A stretch of DNA of 50,663 nucleotides from Sarea resinae (GCA_026026165.1 JAPEUD010000112.1:1-50663), one strand, 5' to 3'; positions 37,128 through 49,241 are shown, numbered from the stretch's first letter. Numbers and translations are program-made. Notes: generated by a model not told the origin, from the sequence alone.

Positions 37128-37742
37128 TCATTCCGTCGTCCTTAAAAGCATCTGCTGCATATACAGATGTATGTAATTTCCCCCAGCAATCAACGGCACT
37201 TGTTCGCAGTACCCTGTGGGGAGCAAAAAGCTGTTCTCAACGAACAGCTCTGACGAATCCCGCAAATCCCGTCGGTTTCCCCCAGCGGAATGGACTCCTT
37301 GTCTTGCTAGCGCATTCGTATTCCCCCCAGCGCTTGAATCATCGGCCAAGCGTTTATCGTCCCAGCAACTCTTTCTGCCTAGGTCGGCCTGGAGGTATAC
37401 AGGATTCTGTCCTGAGTGCACGTAGCAAAGAGGAGGTGGCAGTAGGCAACCTGGATATTTTTGTAGAGTACTGGCTTGATTGGGGAAGATGTCGTTCATC
37501 ACTTGCTTGTAACGGTCGGGATGATGATCGAGGAGATGGCGCATGTAGCTCCAGTTCTTGCTCTTGCTCATCTGACAGACATCGCATCGCTTCGACCACA
37601 GAACAAGGCAATCCTCGTGTGACCTCTGTCGCTCTTCACATCGCTTCTCGTTTCCTGCTTCCCTTTCCACGTGGTCGCGCAGCCGATACATTCTCGCTTC
37701 TGAGTGTTCGCATCTAGGGCATTTGTATCTGGATTGCTTCAT
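37128..37742 (-). CDS. C2H2-like zinc-finger protein
   Basis: YKCPRC........LRDHV and CDVC........YMRHLLDHH. Confidence 0.6.
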   Translation of the reverse strand: MKQSRYKCPRCEHSEARMYRLRDHVEREAGNEKRCEERQRSHEDCLVLWSKRCDVCQMSKSKNWSYMRHLLDHHPDRYKQVMNDIFPNQASTLQKYPGCLLPPPLCYVHSGQNPVYLQADLGRKSCWDDKRLADDSSAGGNTNALARQGVHSAGGNRRDLRDSSELFVENSFLLPTGYCEQVPLIAGGNYIHLYMQQMLLRTTE

Positions 37743-38204
37743 CTTGAAGTGGAATGCCTGATATGACGTTTTGGAAAGGAAAGACTGTTGGAGTCTGCAT
37801 GGGCACTACCCTCACTACCCAGGCGGAAACGTCCATCCGTTGAGGCCCCTGCTTAGCTCATAATCGACTACCCACAAATATACAGGTGTCCGTAGATATC
37901 CTTGTCTCGCAATATGCGATGAGCCAACCAAAGCAGTTCGTAATGCCTGAACCTTTCAAGTGACTACCCAAACATTTCTTGGTCTCCGTAACCTGGTTCT
38001 AAACACCCACGAATTGGCCTCCTGGCCTGATTAGTAGGTGTTCACCTAAATCAGAGCCTAACCAAGAAGAGCAGCGAGTAACAGTTGAACAGATTCGGGA
38101 GAAAGGGTCAAGGGAAGGAGGCAATTGATAAGAAGAAGCAAGATGGCTCCTTACAGCTGTACTCGTCGTCCCATCCTGCCTGTTTTTTCCCCTAGTCTGT
38201 CGAG

Positions 38205-39937
38205 ATGCCTTCCCCTACAGCTCAAGCACTTAATGTCTATCAAGGCAACTATCAATGCAAGCATTCGATATACGGACGGCTCTCCTGGCTTACTCGAGAT
38301 ATCTTTGGCTCCCGTTCCCGTTTCTACCACTACCTAGCCGGCCATTTAAATTGGGCCATCATTGAGAAAAGTGACCAAGACTGCGATATATCCGTCAATC
38401 GCGTAGCGTTTGAGAAGCTGAAGGAGCGTACGAACGATCAAACCAAGTACACTAGATATCCTTTCAATCAGCTCATGCCAGATCCTGGATGTCAGTCCCA
38501 AGCGTTGCAAGTATATATTCGACTGGTCTTTACGTTGGCATCTAGACATATCTCTAATTGGTATGCGCAGATCAAAGGCAGCAGCCTCGTTGCCGATCTT
38601 CTCCAACTCCTCACCCCTGATGGCACCCACGCCGGCGAAGTGATTGCGCTCTTCTCAAGGGATTATTTTGGAGACGCACTGAAGGAAACAGTCGATCTGC
38701 GGCTGCAAGGGAGAACCGCCTACCGAATCCTAGAGATCCTCTTCCTCCCTGGCACTGTCATCATCCCGAAGGACCCTAAGCTCGAAGAAAAGGATCAAGC
38801 CGACGAGAAAGGGTACGCTGGAAGCTCTCGCTATTGCATGCCTGAGTGCTTGATGGTTGAAAAGGTTATGCCAATGTCAGACAGCCTTCGACTCGAGTGC
38901 CGACAATACAAATGGACGAATGGAATCGTGGCAATCAGAAAATTCATCACTATTCATCCCTTTGATGGATCCAAATCAATTCGCTCGCTTGACTATTATC
39001 CATTGGAATTTTGCCATGATGCAGATAATGTCAGAAGGACTCTCTATGAGCGTGCCAAAACATATAAGACGCTCACCAAGGAAAAGCTGTGGCAATATGA
39101 AGGTAATGCTACTACTCGAGGTGGCGAAGTGCGCTACGTTAGAGGACGTATTGTCGTTGATCCGTCAGTTGCCTATGGCCCACTTCCGCTGAGGGTGTCG
39201 CGTTATCTACAGGAAGTACCTGCGCCCATTGTCCGAGGAGAAGATCAGCTTCTCTACGTCGGGCAGGTAAAGGTATATCTCGTGGAAGAGTCTGAGTGGA
39301 GTAAGTGTATAATTTCCGGTCTTCTAGTACTACGGAGCTTATTCTTGGGAAACAGTCGAGGTGCCCGTTACTGAGAAGGGGCTGTCCTGTGTTTCATGGG
39401 CTCACGATCCTATCGGTGGTCTGCGATTGAAAGATAGCACCAAGGAGGCCCTGAAAAAAGCGCCAGAAAACCCATGGTTAATATTTCTCTCGTGAGTTAA
39501 TTTCCTTTTCCTCTATCTGACTATTGACTAACATATAGAAAGTGGAGCCACAAAAGCAGATGCACTTCAGAGAGAAATTGCTAAGTCGTATGCCGAAAAT
39601 CACCACAAGCTTCTCTACACCGTAAGTTCACTCAGGGTAGCATATGATGACTCTATTTCACTCATTCCCTCCTTTACAGGCCAAGACAGAGCATCTCAGT
39701 CTACACTCAATGACCGCTGAGGAGGCGCTTGGATGGTTGGAACGCGAGGCTTCTTGCGCAATCTCTTGGAACGCGATCCTGTGCATTAGGAATGGGGACG
39801 ATCTTTTCAATCAATATAGTTCGACGTTCGCAGAGTTTCTGCACAAAAGCGAAGTCACTATAGTTGTGTACTTTTCACGGGTTCCTCAAGTTGACACTAG
39901 AGACAAGACCTTCATTACATTATCCCTGATCGAATGA
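38205..39937 (+). CDS. Fungal AAA+ ATPase-family homologue with degenerate Walker A/B, 4 exons
   Basis: N-domain motifs LFLPGTVI, I.PFDG.K.I.SL.YYPL.F, Y.G....GRIVVD. Introns 39301-39355, 39492-39542 and 39622-39679 keep the frame open. P-loop position reads IFLSGATKADAL and Walker B position reads WNAILCIRNGDDLF. Confidence 0.75.
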
Positions 39938-40395
39938 TAATGTAGGCGCTGTTTGTTATGTTATTTTTCTATCTACAGTTGCCTGTCCTTAGCAATCTTT
40001 TTCCTTAACACTCTTTGATCTTCGATATTTTTATGTCCTCGATGTTTGTTTCTCCTCGAACCTCTTTAATTCTAATGACTTAGTAGCAGTTTCCTTAATT
40101 AGAAGACTACTTCCTAATTTTAGAGGATCAAGTAGTACTTTCCCTTGCGAAGTGATATTATACGTCATTGGCGAATATAAGGTACCTTACCTAAGGTACC
40201 TTATTTACCGCTGTGGTCAGCGGGTAGCAGAGTTCGTCACAGATTAAGTATTTTAGTGGCCTTGGCAGCGCTTCTCTGTCGCGCGGTACGAACCGCAGGC
40301 TTGGCTACCTACCTTAGGTACAATGACAACGTTAAATAGTGAGCTTCATCCTTTATTATGACCACAACTTCAAGTCGTATTCAGTCAGACACCTT

Positions 40396-40838
40396 ATGAT
40401 AGCAAAGCAAAACCCTTCTAGAAAGAACAAGGAAATGTTTCGAAAGCGAAGAAATTGCCTTGCACGAAAGTTCTACGATCTGTGTCGATTGTGTGACGCC
40501 ACCGGTGTCCTTGTTATTGAGCGAAAAGGGAAGACCTTTGTATTTGATTCAAGGGATGTTGCGGCAAAGCAAATAGAGGTATAAGGACCCCTCTATTTAC
40601 TTCATGCTCTTTAGGCTAAGCTATCTCCTAGCAGACGTCGAACGCCGCCGTGAGCCAGGAACCACAGCGTCCTTGTCTCAGTCAGTCTATCATTACAAAG
40701 CCGTACGCTCAAGAAAACCGAGAGATCCTTGGCATCCTCTGTCCTCCGAATTTAGTCTCGCCAGCGGAGGCTCGAGTCGTCAACTTGATCAACGCTGACC
40801 AGGGGGACCTTACACAATGCGCTGGTAATCATCAATAG
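40396..40838 (+). CDS. Small MADS-box/SRF-like protein, 2 exons
   Basis: KEMFRKRRNCLARKFYDLCRLCDATGVLVIERKGKTFVFDS resembles F.KR..GL.KKA.ELS.LC.A.V.LII....G..Y.F.S. Intron about 40579-40631. Confidence 0.75.
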
Positions 40839-41505
40839 AGCGCTGGTTTACTACAACTCTGGTCTCGCTGGTCGGGGCCTTTACATCGGTGTTGTTAGCG
40901 GGATATCTTTTTGCCTAATGTTTTGCGCGAGTCAGCAAGTTTTAATGTAGTCTTGCTTTCGGCTTGCGGTGGCCCTTTAGATAATTATCCATTCGTACTT
41001 CGAAACCTGTCCTCCATTCGGAACCACCACAACATGCTAATGTCGAAGATTCCCTGCTTCAGCTAATTACATGCGTATCTTGATGTATAGAGACTACTCC
41101 GGTTGCAAAATTTGGCTGTAGGCTATATTGCTTGTAGTTTATCTACTCTACTAGGTAGGAGAGAAAGTGGTATGCTTATATAGCTAGTTATAGAGTGATT
41201 GAGGCCATAATCCACCGCATAGCCATGAAGAAGTTGAACTCTCCGCGTTACTCTGACTGCCTAATTAGGAAGAGTCACATGATCATACTGAGTCGGGTCG
41301 GATTATTCCGACAATTACGGACGGGAGTTCTCAATGTACGACGGCAAGTGCCGAACTATCTGAATGAAAAGGAAGCGCTCCCTGATAGGGGCTTTCGTCT
41401 GTTCGGGTACATTACGGTCGGGCCTTGGAATACACTAATTGAAACAATAAACAAATGCCAACATGACTACCTTGTATTTCTACATATGCTAAATAGTTTG
41501 AGATA

Positions 41506-42129
41506 TCAGAGATAGGGATTGAAAAGGGCTCCCATGACGCCTAAGAGTATAAACCAGACCCTCGAAGCCCTCAGCACTGCCCCCTGAGAGGAGGCGTACC
41601 ACGAACTTGATTTCGCTGCAACAGATGGAGAAAAGGCTACATTCACAGTCCCTCCTGCTCCTCCGACGCTGAGATTTCCCAACGGACTGATGGTCGTGGA
41701 TGCTAGAGCAGATACAGGTGTCACAGACAATCCTGTCGGAATGATTGAGGAGGCTGGAAATGTAGTGTTGCGCTTATTGACGAGAGCGGGAGTGAGAGGA
41801 ACTATCTTCACCCCACTGGCGCCCCCGCTGAATACTCTAATTCCTTGACTCTGGGCGACAACAACAGTAGTTGTGTCGTTGGCAATCGTGGTAGTGGCCG
41901 TGAAGAAAACAGTGGCAGTGGTCGTATTGAAATTGGTCACTGTCGTCGCTGAGATGTCGGCGATACGCGGGTCGTCGCTCTCTACGTCGAACGTGATGTT
42001 TTCAGGACCGGAGAAATCAATTGTACTAGAGTGTCAACGCCTTCGCTTCTAATCAGGTAATTGTACGTACCTAGCTGAAGCTTGAAAGAGGAGATAGCAT
42101 AGTACTAGGAGAGCAGTATAAGTCATCAT
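41506..42129 (-). CDS. Secreted Ser/Thr-rich, probably GPI-anchored surface protein, 2 exons
   Basis: Signal peptide MMTYTALLVLCYLLFQASA, a GTACGT intron, Thr-rich body and hydrophobic C-tail VWFILLGVMGALF. Confidence 0.75.
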
Positions 42130-42568
42130 GTTCAATTATAGAGAACGTTTGTCTGAGATGTATTCCGGCAGGCTGGGAAGCAGTATTTTATTTAATTTTG
42201 AGGGGGCCGCAACAAGCGGTTGAGGGGGCCGGAAGCATGGGCGTGGTCTAATTGACGAGGGATGGGGGGGCTCAAAGGCTTGGTGGGGGGGTCCGCCCTT
42301 GGTCTAGACCGTCTATTTGGCTGGCCTAAGCAGGCGGTGAGTGGTACGTACTGCGAGATAGCGAGGTACCTGGGCGGAGGGGGAGGAGGGGGGGGTAGAA
42401 AGTGCAAGTGGGCGGGGGTAGGAAGCTTAGGCGGGGGTCGAAAACTCAGGCGGGGAGTCGAACTCGTGCGGGGGTTCCGCAAATGGACGAAGGAATCCGA
42501 GTCGAATGAATATAAAAGCTACTTTGGTTTAATGCCAAGTACTCTGCATACTACTTCTGCATGCTGCA

Positions 42569-43474
42569 ATGGCGCCGCGAACAGGAGCCCAAGAGCCTAC
42601 TAGGAGGTCAAAGCGACAGCAAAATCTGCCGCCCAGTCCAGTGCAAGAGGAATCATACGTTGCAAAGGGTAGAAAGGGAAAGGGTAAAGCGCAACAGATA
42701 TACGCCAGCGATCAAGACCAACAAGATGATTCATGGGATGCTTATGACCAACAAGACAACAACTGGGACCAAAGGGATGATCTACAGGCCAACTATAGGC
42801 AAAGAAATGGTGCTCCAGAGGCTTCGGGGTCATCTGTGCGTGTCCAGGGTATTCGGCGGGATCAACACAATCGACCTCAACGAGCTGGTGAGCGTTCGCG
42901 ATCTCCCAAAGGAAGCAATAGTGATCGACGATCTCCTCTGCCAGCCAGCTCTGAAAATGCTGAGCCGGCTCAGCCCATGGAGCTGGATGAACCTGGTGGC
43001 TGGGTAAAGGAGATCTGGTCTTCAAGCCATGCAGAAACCGCGATCGTCAGCTTGAGTTGAGTCTACGGCTTGTAAGGCAACCTCTGAATACACTTCAGGT
43101 TGATTGCTGATCTACATGAGGGCAAACCGACGGCGCACCACCCTCCGATCTTCATATCGGATCCCGGACCCTACAAGTGGCTTCATTACGTGTGAGCCAG
43201 GTTAAAATGCCTTCTTCATCTTGAAAATTGGGCCTTTGCTGGTCCCGTTAATTGAGAGCTTTGGAAATGGTCCAAGCCTGGGAAACGGCTGAAAAACTAC
43301 CTCTTAGTTGGGCTACATAGTTTGTCCAAAATGGATTGGAGCCTGCAACGTGCAATATGCCTGATGGTTCGAGCGTGGCCCACGGCTTCGGCTTCCTCTC
43401 TCCATGCATGTGATGGCGCGATCGGACGAGTCCAGACTTTCAACTGCGGACTACGTGCGATAGCCCAGTTGTAG
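42569..43474 (+). pseudogene. Disordered N-terminus plus degenerate Ulp1/C48 peptidase-like region
   Basis: ORF 42569-43060 (MAPRT..RRSKR), then one frame with TGA stops at 43193 and 43253: PIFISDP..YKWL...AFAGPVN*ELW...LLVGLHSL...QTFNCGLRAIAQL. Confidence 0.4.
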
Positions 43475-43700
43475 ATCGCCGGCCTTATGGCGTACTCTAT
43501 CCCTGCCGACCCAGATGATCGTCCTACAAACCGTTCGCCAGGGCCTCCGGCGGTCAGAGGGAACCTAAGCCAGGGATGCTACGTTGTAACAATGACTTTA
43601 TAAACCGATCCGCATCCACACGTCTGATTTTTTTCAATCTGCCTCATACTCGACGCCTCGAGCAGCTGCTCCTCCCGTTACCCCTTGCTCTTTCTTCAAG

Positions 43701-45196
43701 ATGTCTGATTTCTTGAAAGAACTTCAAAGCCCTTTGGACCTCACGATAGAGGCCTTTAGATCCTTCCTCCCTTGGAAACCAGACGGGAAGGTGCGATGGA
43801 TTGACTCCGACCAACGCCAACGTCTCAAGCACGACTGCGAGATAATAGAGATCATTGAAGGTGAGGAATCAACAGACACTGAAGGCTTAGAAAGGGTCGT
43901 CTTTATTTTCGATAAAGATATGCGCGAATACGCGCGGGAAAAGGTGTGTGGCGAACAGGGCGCAGGGGTAATCTCTTCACTTCGATACCTTGATTTTTCT
44001 GACCTGCTTTGATAGTGCAAAGTCCATGATTACTTGCGTCACTTTCATTCTTTCGTTCGTTCTTCCGTTGAGGATGGGAATGACTTCGGCGGCCTTCTTG
44101 CGAATTGGCTCTACTGTCGCTTCAAGCCACTTGTCGACCGTCTACCAAAGATGATGCGAGAGATTCGGAATCATTAATCAATTCCCGCACAAATGTTTCC
44201 TCTCTTTTACCAGCTTGGCACCATGGTTTATGATACGGAATCTCCCGAAAACGACCTGCGCTGCTACATGGTCAATCAATATTGGCCTCCAGGTGACGGT
44301 AATGTCAGGCTACTTTCATATAGCTTCAGATATACTGGAGGACTCGAGCAGCATGGTGACCATACCCTCTGGCTGCGAAAACCTTTTGACTCTTTGAGAG
44401 CTGTCCCTGTCAATCTCTTGCCGGAAAGACAATTGGCTAAGATTCAAGAATCATTGCGTCCGTTAAAAACCAATACAACGCCTTGAAAGAAGGGAGAGTC
44501 CTTTTCAACGACACCCTGCCAATCAAAGGCGGTGTAGCCGGGAATCCGAAGGTTTTCCCCCAAGGCCCATCGAATTTTACTTCAGAGCAATGGCTCCTTC
44601 TACACGAGATAAGCGTCCGTAGTCTTTCAACTGGCATGAAGTGTAAGCGTCTAGTCACAATCAACCAAGATTTTCCTAACTTGATAGGCATTGTACCGAT
44701 ACAGACACTCAAAGAGTATCACCTGATTTCAAAAGCCACCGACAACAGTCTATCTCCCGATACCAAAAAGACTCTCAGTGGAACCAAAGAGACTCTAATT
44801 ATTCTCACGCATGTTTCGTCTCGCCGTCTATACAACTTTAGCTAATGCTCATGCAGTGGTTTTGATGATCTGCAAAAACATGAGGGGTCTCAGTATTACG
44901 CATGCATCAAAGGTCGTCCGCTGTTCACTGTGTCTCTACATGGATTCGCTAGATCAGCAGGCCAGCATTTCCAGCAAGAGCTTCAAGATGTGGCGGACAC
45001 TGTAATTCGTTGTGGAGGTGCGTTGCAGTTTCGTCATACTAGTCGCTTGAGTTCAGAGCATGCTGCTGCGTTCGAAAAGCTTCTTGAGGAGACTCCGGCT
45101 CCTATTGTTGTCTTGTCGGAGAAGCCTCCTTCCTTGAAAAGGTCTTATCTTCCTCTTGATCCATCGCAAGGGCTGTCGAGATGTGAAATACTATAG
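43701..45196 (+). pseudogene. Second degenerate AAA-ATPase-family paralogue
   Basis: LFYQLGTMVY....LRCYMV, EGRVLFND, FTSEQWLLL, LIILTG and RPLFTVSL. Introns at 43968-44015, ~44643-44687 and ~44809-44856. In-frame TAA at 44175 and a frameshift near 44460. Confidence 0.6.
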
Positions 45197-46556
45197 ATAA
45201 CGCATTTTCTCCTCCTTCAGCCTAGGCAATTCGATCTCCTAGCTGTCGATCTCGTTGCCACAACCCTCACCTGCATCTGTAAAGTACCCAATAAAACGAC
45301 CTCCCCACCCCCAAGTTTGACCAGGACCTCGCCCCTGCACCGTGGCCCCGTGTCTATGGCTGGCTCGCGCCAGCCCACAAAGGTCACATAAGGAACAGAT
45401 GCAGCTGATTGCACACTACCAATTAAAGCCACCTGCTCGTAAGACCATCGACTGACCTTCTGGAGCATAGTCCATTGACCATCCTTACACTCAACTTGGG
45501 CTGCCACCTGACCCTGCTCTAAGAGGATCGACTCACCCGTTCCTCCGGATCGGATCAGACCTGGGCTCTTGCTGCCATCTTTGAACGGCATATGATTTGC
45601 TCGATCGCCTCCTCTCGCCCTCTCGGCTCGAGGCCCATTTCGAACGAACTGAAACCCCCACCCCACCCCTCTCACCTGCATCGGTGAAGCACCCAACAGA
45701 ACGTTACAAATCAGCAACCTCGCGTCATTCTTGCGTGGCTGACCCGCGGCACCAGCCCGCTCTGGCAGAGCCCCGACCACTTATGAGGGGCTCTGCTGCT
45801 GAGAGATGTCCGTAATATCCCGATAATCTGCGCGGTGATACTCGACCCTGGCTCCTATGCCGTGCCAGTTCAAGCCGTGTGACCTCCTTTTTATCCTTTG
45901 CCGCTCGTATCATCCAACTCCCCCCTGGAAGAAAAACGACGTTCTGTACAGCGTTAGTGGCATTTGGTGAATAACTTGCTTGAAACCATACACCCATTCG
46001 TGTTTTGGCTGCAATTGTGGATTTGATCATCCGCTCCCGACCATGAATGTGTGTTCTCGCGATTTGGAGTAAACAAGGTAATGTACGGCATGACTTCCAG
46101 GTTGCCCATTGTCTCGCTCACTGACGTAATTGGCCGACGATACACGATTTTCCTTTGCACCGAAAGAGTTGTTATACTTAAGGGTCCGTCGTTTCTCTTT
46201 CTTTTATCAGCGTCATTTTGACCTACTCAACGAATATCCAGTAAGTTACCTATTTTCTAAGTCTTTCAAATCAGAACAATCGTTAACCTTGTAGTTCCGG
46301 CATTATGTGCAACAAGGACCATCTTACTGTGAAGTACAGCTGTGGATGCTCGAAAACCAAAACGACACTCACGAGATGTGACCACCCGAATACATGTGGA
46401 GGTGTCGCAGCACATGCATCGCTCGCTCATAGTACAACACTTGCTCATGCCTGTAAAAAGCATGGTGGATTTGATTGGTAGGTTGCATTCCCCTCGCGAT
46501 CTAGATCAAACGTTGATTAGTACATCAGATCGGGAGCATACTGATCATATCACTGC

Positions 46557-46652
46557 GAGCGCCGACATCAATGGAAAATAGGAGAGAGGAGCCGACATCA
46601 ATGGACTGGAATAGGGGAGAGGAGCCGACAAGGGCTGAAATAGGAGAGAGAA
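46557..46652. repeat. ~30-bp imperfect tandem repeat x3
   Basis: GAGCCGACATCAATGGA..AATAGGAGAGAG units. Confidence 0.8.
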
Positions 46653-46718
46653 GCAGGTTTCTTTGAATCGCTCACAGCCTGTCCTGTCATTAAATAGCGA
46701 ATATGAATTTTGTAAACC

Positions 46719-47942
46719 TCAAGCCAACTCAAAGAAGCTGCGAATCCTAGAGACTGCCATCAAGTCCCCCTCTGTAGTATTCTCCACGGCTTCATCAACC
46801 CAACCCTCAGTTCGACTCCCACCAAAGTCAATCAACCATACATTATCGTCCTTATCGAGAAGCAGATTGTCTGGTTTAGCATCACCCCAAACTTCTCCAT
46901 TTCTATGAATGTAGCAGACAATCCGCTCAATCTGTTCCATCCAGGTCTCTCTCCGTGATTGTGTAACCTTGCACATTGATTTCGCCAATTGTCTGAATGA
47001 TTCACTGGTATCAATGAAGTCCATGAGAAAGCCAACAACACTTTTCTTGTCCTCTGTAACAACAAGACCTCGGAGCTTTGGGATCCTGATTGGGTTGGTC
47101 ATATCAAGCTCCTTCAGCTTATGAAGGGTTTCAATCTCTTTGGAAATTTCAGGAAAGCGTCTGTCTGCTACTTTACAGCATAGTAGCTGCCCATCTACCT
47201 CTACCTTGTAGATTCGCGTTGGCAACATCCTCTGTAGAACTTTGACCTCGGATAGACAATAAATAGGCAGATGCCTAGACCATAGGGGTGGAGGCTGGGC
47301 TATAAAGCTGACACAGGGTGGAGACATATCCTTCCGCTCAATAGCCTTTGCGGTTCCCTGAATTGTGACCACTTGAAGCATGAAGGTTTCTGGAAAGAGC
47401 TCGACTTCTAGTGTATAGCCCGTTTCTGGTTTGTCGACAGTAAGGGCCAAATGCTGAATCAGTGGCTGGCTGACATCGATTGCGAATTGTTCCAATTCGT
47501 TCCAAGCCTTATTCAGCGGATCGGAATCGTTTGTCTCATCGGACTGCAGGCTTGCATCGTGGAGGTTCTTGACATACTGGGCTTCAATTCCTGAGTCGGA
47601 TCCAGAGAAGGTAATAATAAAGCGTTTCAGTCGCCAATATACACTTATGACGGTGTTTTCGTTGTCGTACACTAATGACTCGATATTCTTCGTGGAGAGC
47701 TCGTCCGGTCTCTCAACGTCCTCTGGTTTCTCAACGTCCTCTGATGACTCGATGTTGTTCGTAGGTAGCTCATTCTAAGTGCTGTATTAGCTAAGTATAT
47801 GACGTACGGTCTCGCAACAACTCGGTACCTTTTTGTTGACTTTGAAGGGCCAGGACCAGAGTGTAGGCAACCAGAATGTAGGCCAGGACCAGGAACGAAA
47901 CCAAGCGCGTAGAGAAAACGAACGAGAGAGTATTGAGAGCAT
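46719..47942 (-). CDS. Fungal protein-kinase-like protein, 2 exons
   Basis: CCK..., EIETL, IPKLRGLV, VWGDAKPDNLLLD, WLIDFGG and EGWVD....T.EGDL. Intron 47828-47775 adds a 38-aa first exon in frame. Confidence 0.88.
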
Positions 47943-48431
47943 CTCTGTAGTGAAATCGTGAGGCCTTCAAGATGTCGAGTTGAGGGCAAATGAGGAGTCT
48001 TTTGACATTGATTACTCTGTATCTGTGTAACTCGCTTATCACAGCCAATACAATAATAGTGGTCCCTCAGTCCTACAACGACAACATCTACGAAGTACGT
48101 ACTTTGTAAAGTACATCAGAAACGAAGTAGGCAATACGTATGCTCATACTCTGGCACAACGGGTTCTTTTACAGTACATGCAACGGGTCTCATTCTGACT
48201 CAACAAAACTTGCCAGACAGGCGGTTTGACAAAAGCTTTCGACCGTTGTCGTTCCGAAAAATACTCCACCTTATGCACTTTGCCGCTGTAATTTTTGAAA
48301 CGCTCTGTATCAGGTAGTGTCTCTTAGCACTGTTTATCTAGACAGACGTTTAGAATTATCAGCCTTACGTTTTTTTGAGTTATTTTCAGATGAAGAGCCT
48401 GAATTAATAAAAACAAAGCTGTAATATTCTA

Positions 48432-49241
48432 TTAAGAACCTTAATAATATATTGAAATAAATAAGAATAATCACACAACATCTATAAAATGTTAGTATAG
48501 TATCCTAGATTCTAAACCTAGATAGTGGTTTTCTATAAGATAGTAAGCTATTACATGTCATAACTCTACAGCTAAAAAAGCAGTTCTAATTATAATATAA
48601 AGACTGTAGAAACTTGTTCTAAAGTAAAAACAAGATCTATATACTCTATCTAAAATAGTAAATAAAGAAACTAAATACTCTACACCTTAGAAAGCAGTAA
48701 ACATAATAGCTAATAGAACTGTAAACACTAAACTATATAAAGCTCTACTTCTGTTTCCTTGTATTAAAGAGTAGTGAGTATAAGTTACTATAACACTAGA
48801 TAATAATAAGATAACTGTATTAACTAAAAGTAACTTAAAAGGATTTATTGCTTTAATACCTATAGGTAGTTATTATGCTCCTAATTCTATAGTAAGAGAT
48901 AATGCACTATAAAAAAATGCTTAAAAGATAGCTAAAAAAAAGAAAGCTTTAGATATTATAAATAAAGCAACACTAATATTTAAACCTCTTTATACAGCTA
49001 ATATATAGTTACCTAGGTATATACCTTCTAATATTACATTACAAAATCAAAAAGCTATAGAAGTAACTAAAGATAAGAAAGCTAAACCTAAAAAATATTC
49101 ACTATTACTAAACCTATACATTGCTAAAGCAGTTAAAGTAGTAAGAGTATATATAGATATATAAGTATATAAAGGTTAAAGAGACAGCAATACTAAATGA
49201 AATAGATAAGCTTAAAAATTACTTCTTATTAAATTAGTTAT
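48432..49241 (-). pseudogene. cox3: cox3 pseudogene (NUMT), full length 810 bp
   Basis: Resembles MTNL.RSNFQAHPFHLV..SPWP ... YWHFVDVVWLFL.ISIYYWGS*. ATG>ATA, CAA>TAA and TGA>TAA changes, with no net change in length. Confidence 0.95.

Noticed and set aside
44437..44712. FDGPWG motif suggesting the missing ferric-reductase NADPH-binding part
   Set aside because: It lies antisense to the pseudo-AAA gene with no other FRE motifs, so a chance match is likely.
45217..46581. ORFs of 65-187 aa
   Set aside because: Alternative starts, no domains and no consistent splice model.
17181..46652. Short repeat arrays as CRISPR-like
   Set aside because: Simple tandem repeats without unique spacers, in a eukaryotic context.
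127..48300. Starship captain (DUF3435 tyrosine recombinase), intact transposase, reverse transcriptase or telomere-linked RecQ helicase
   Set aside because: No ORF of suitable length or with the catalytic motifs. The link to mobile elements remains inference.
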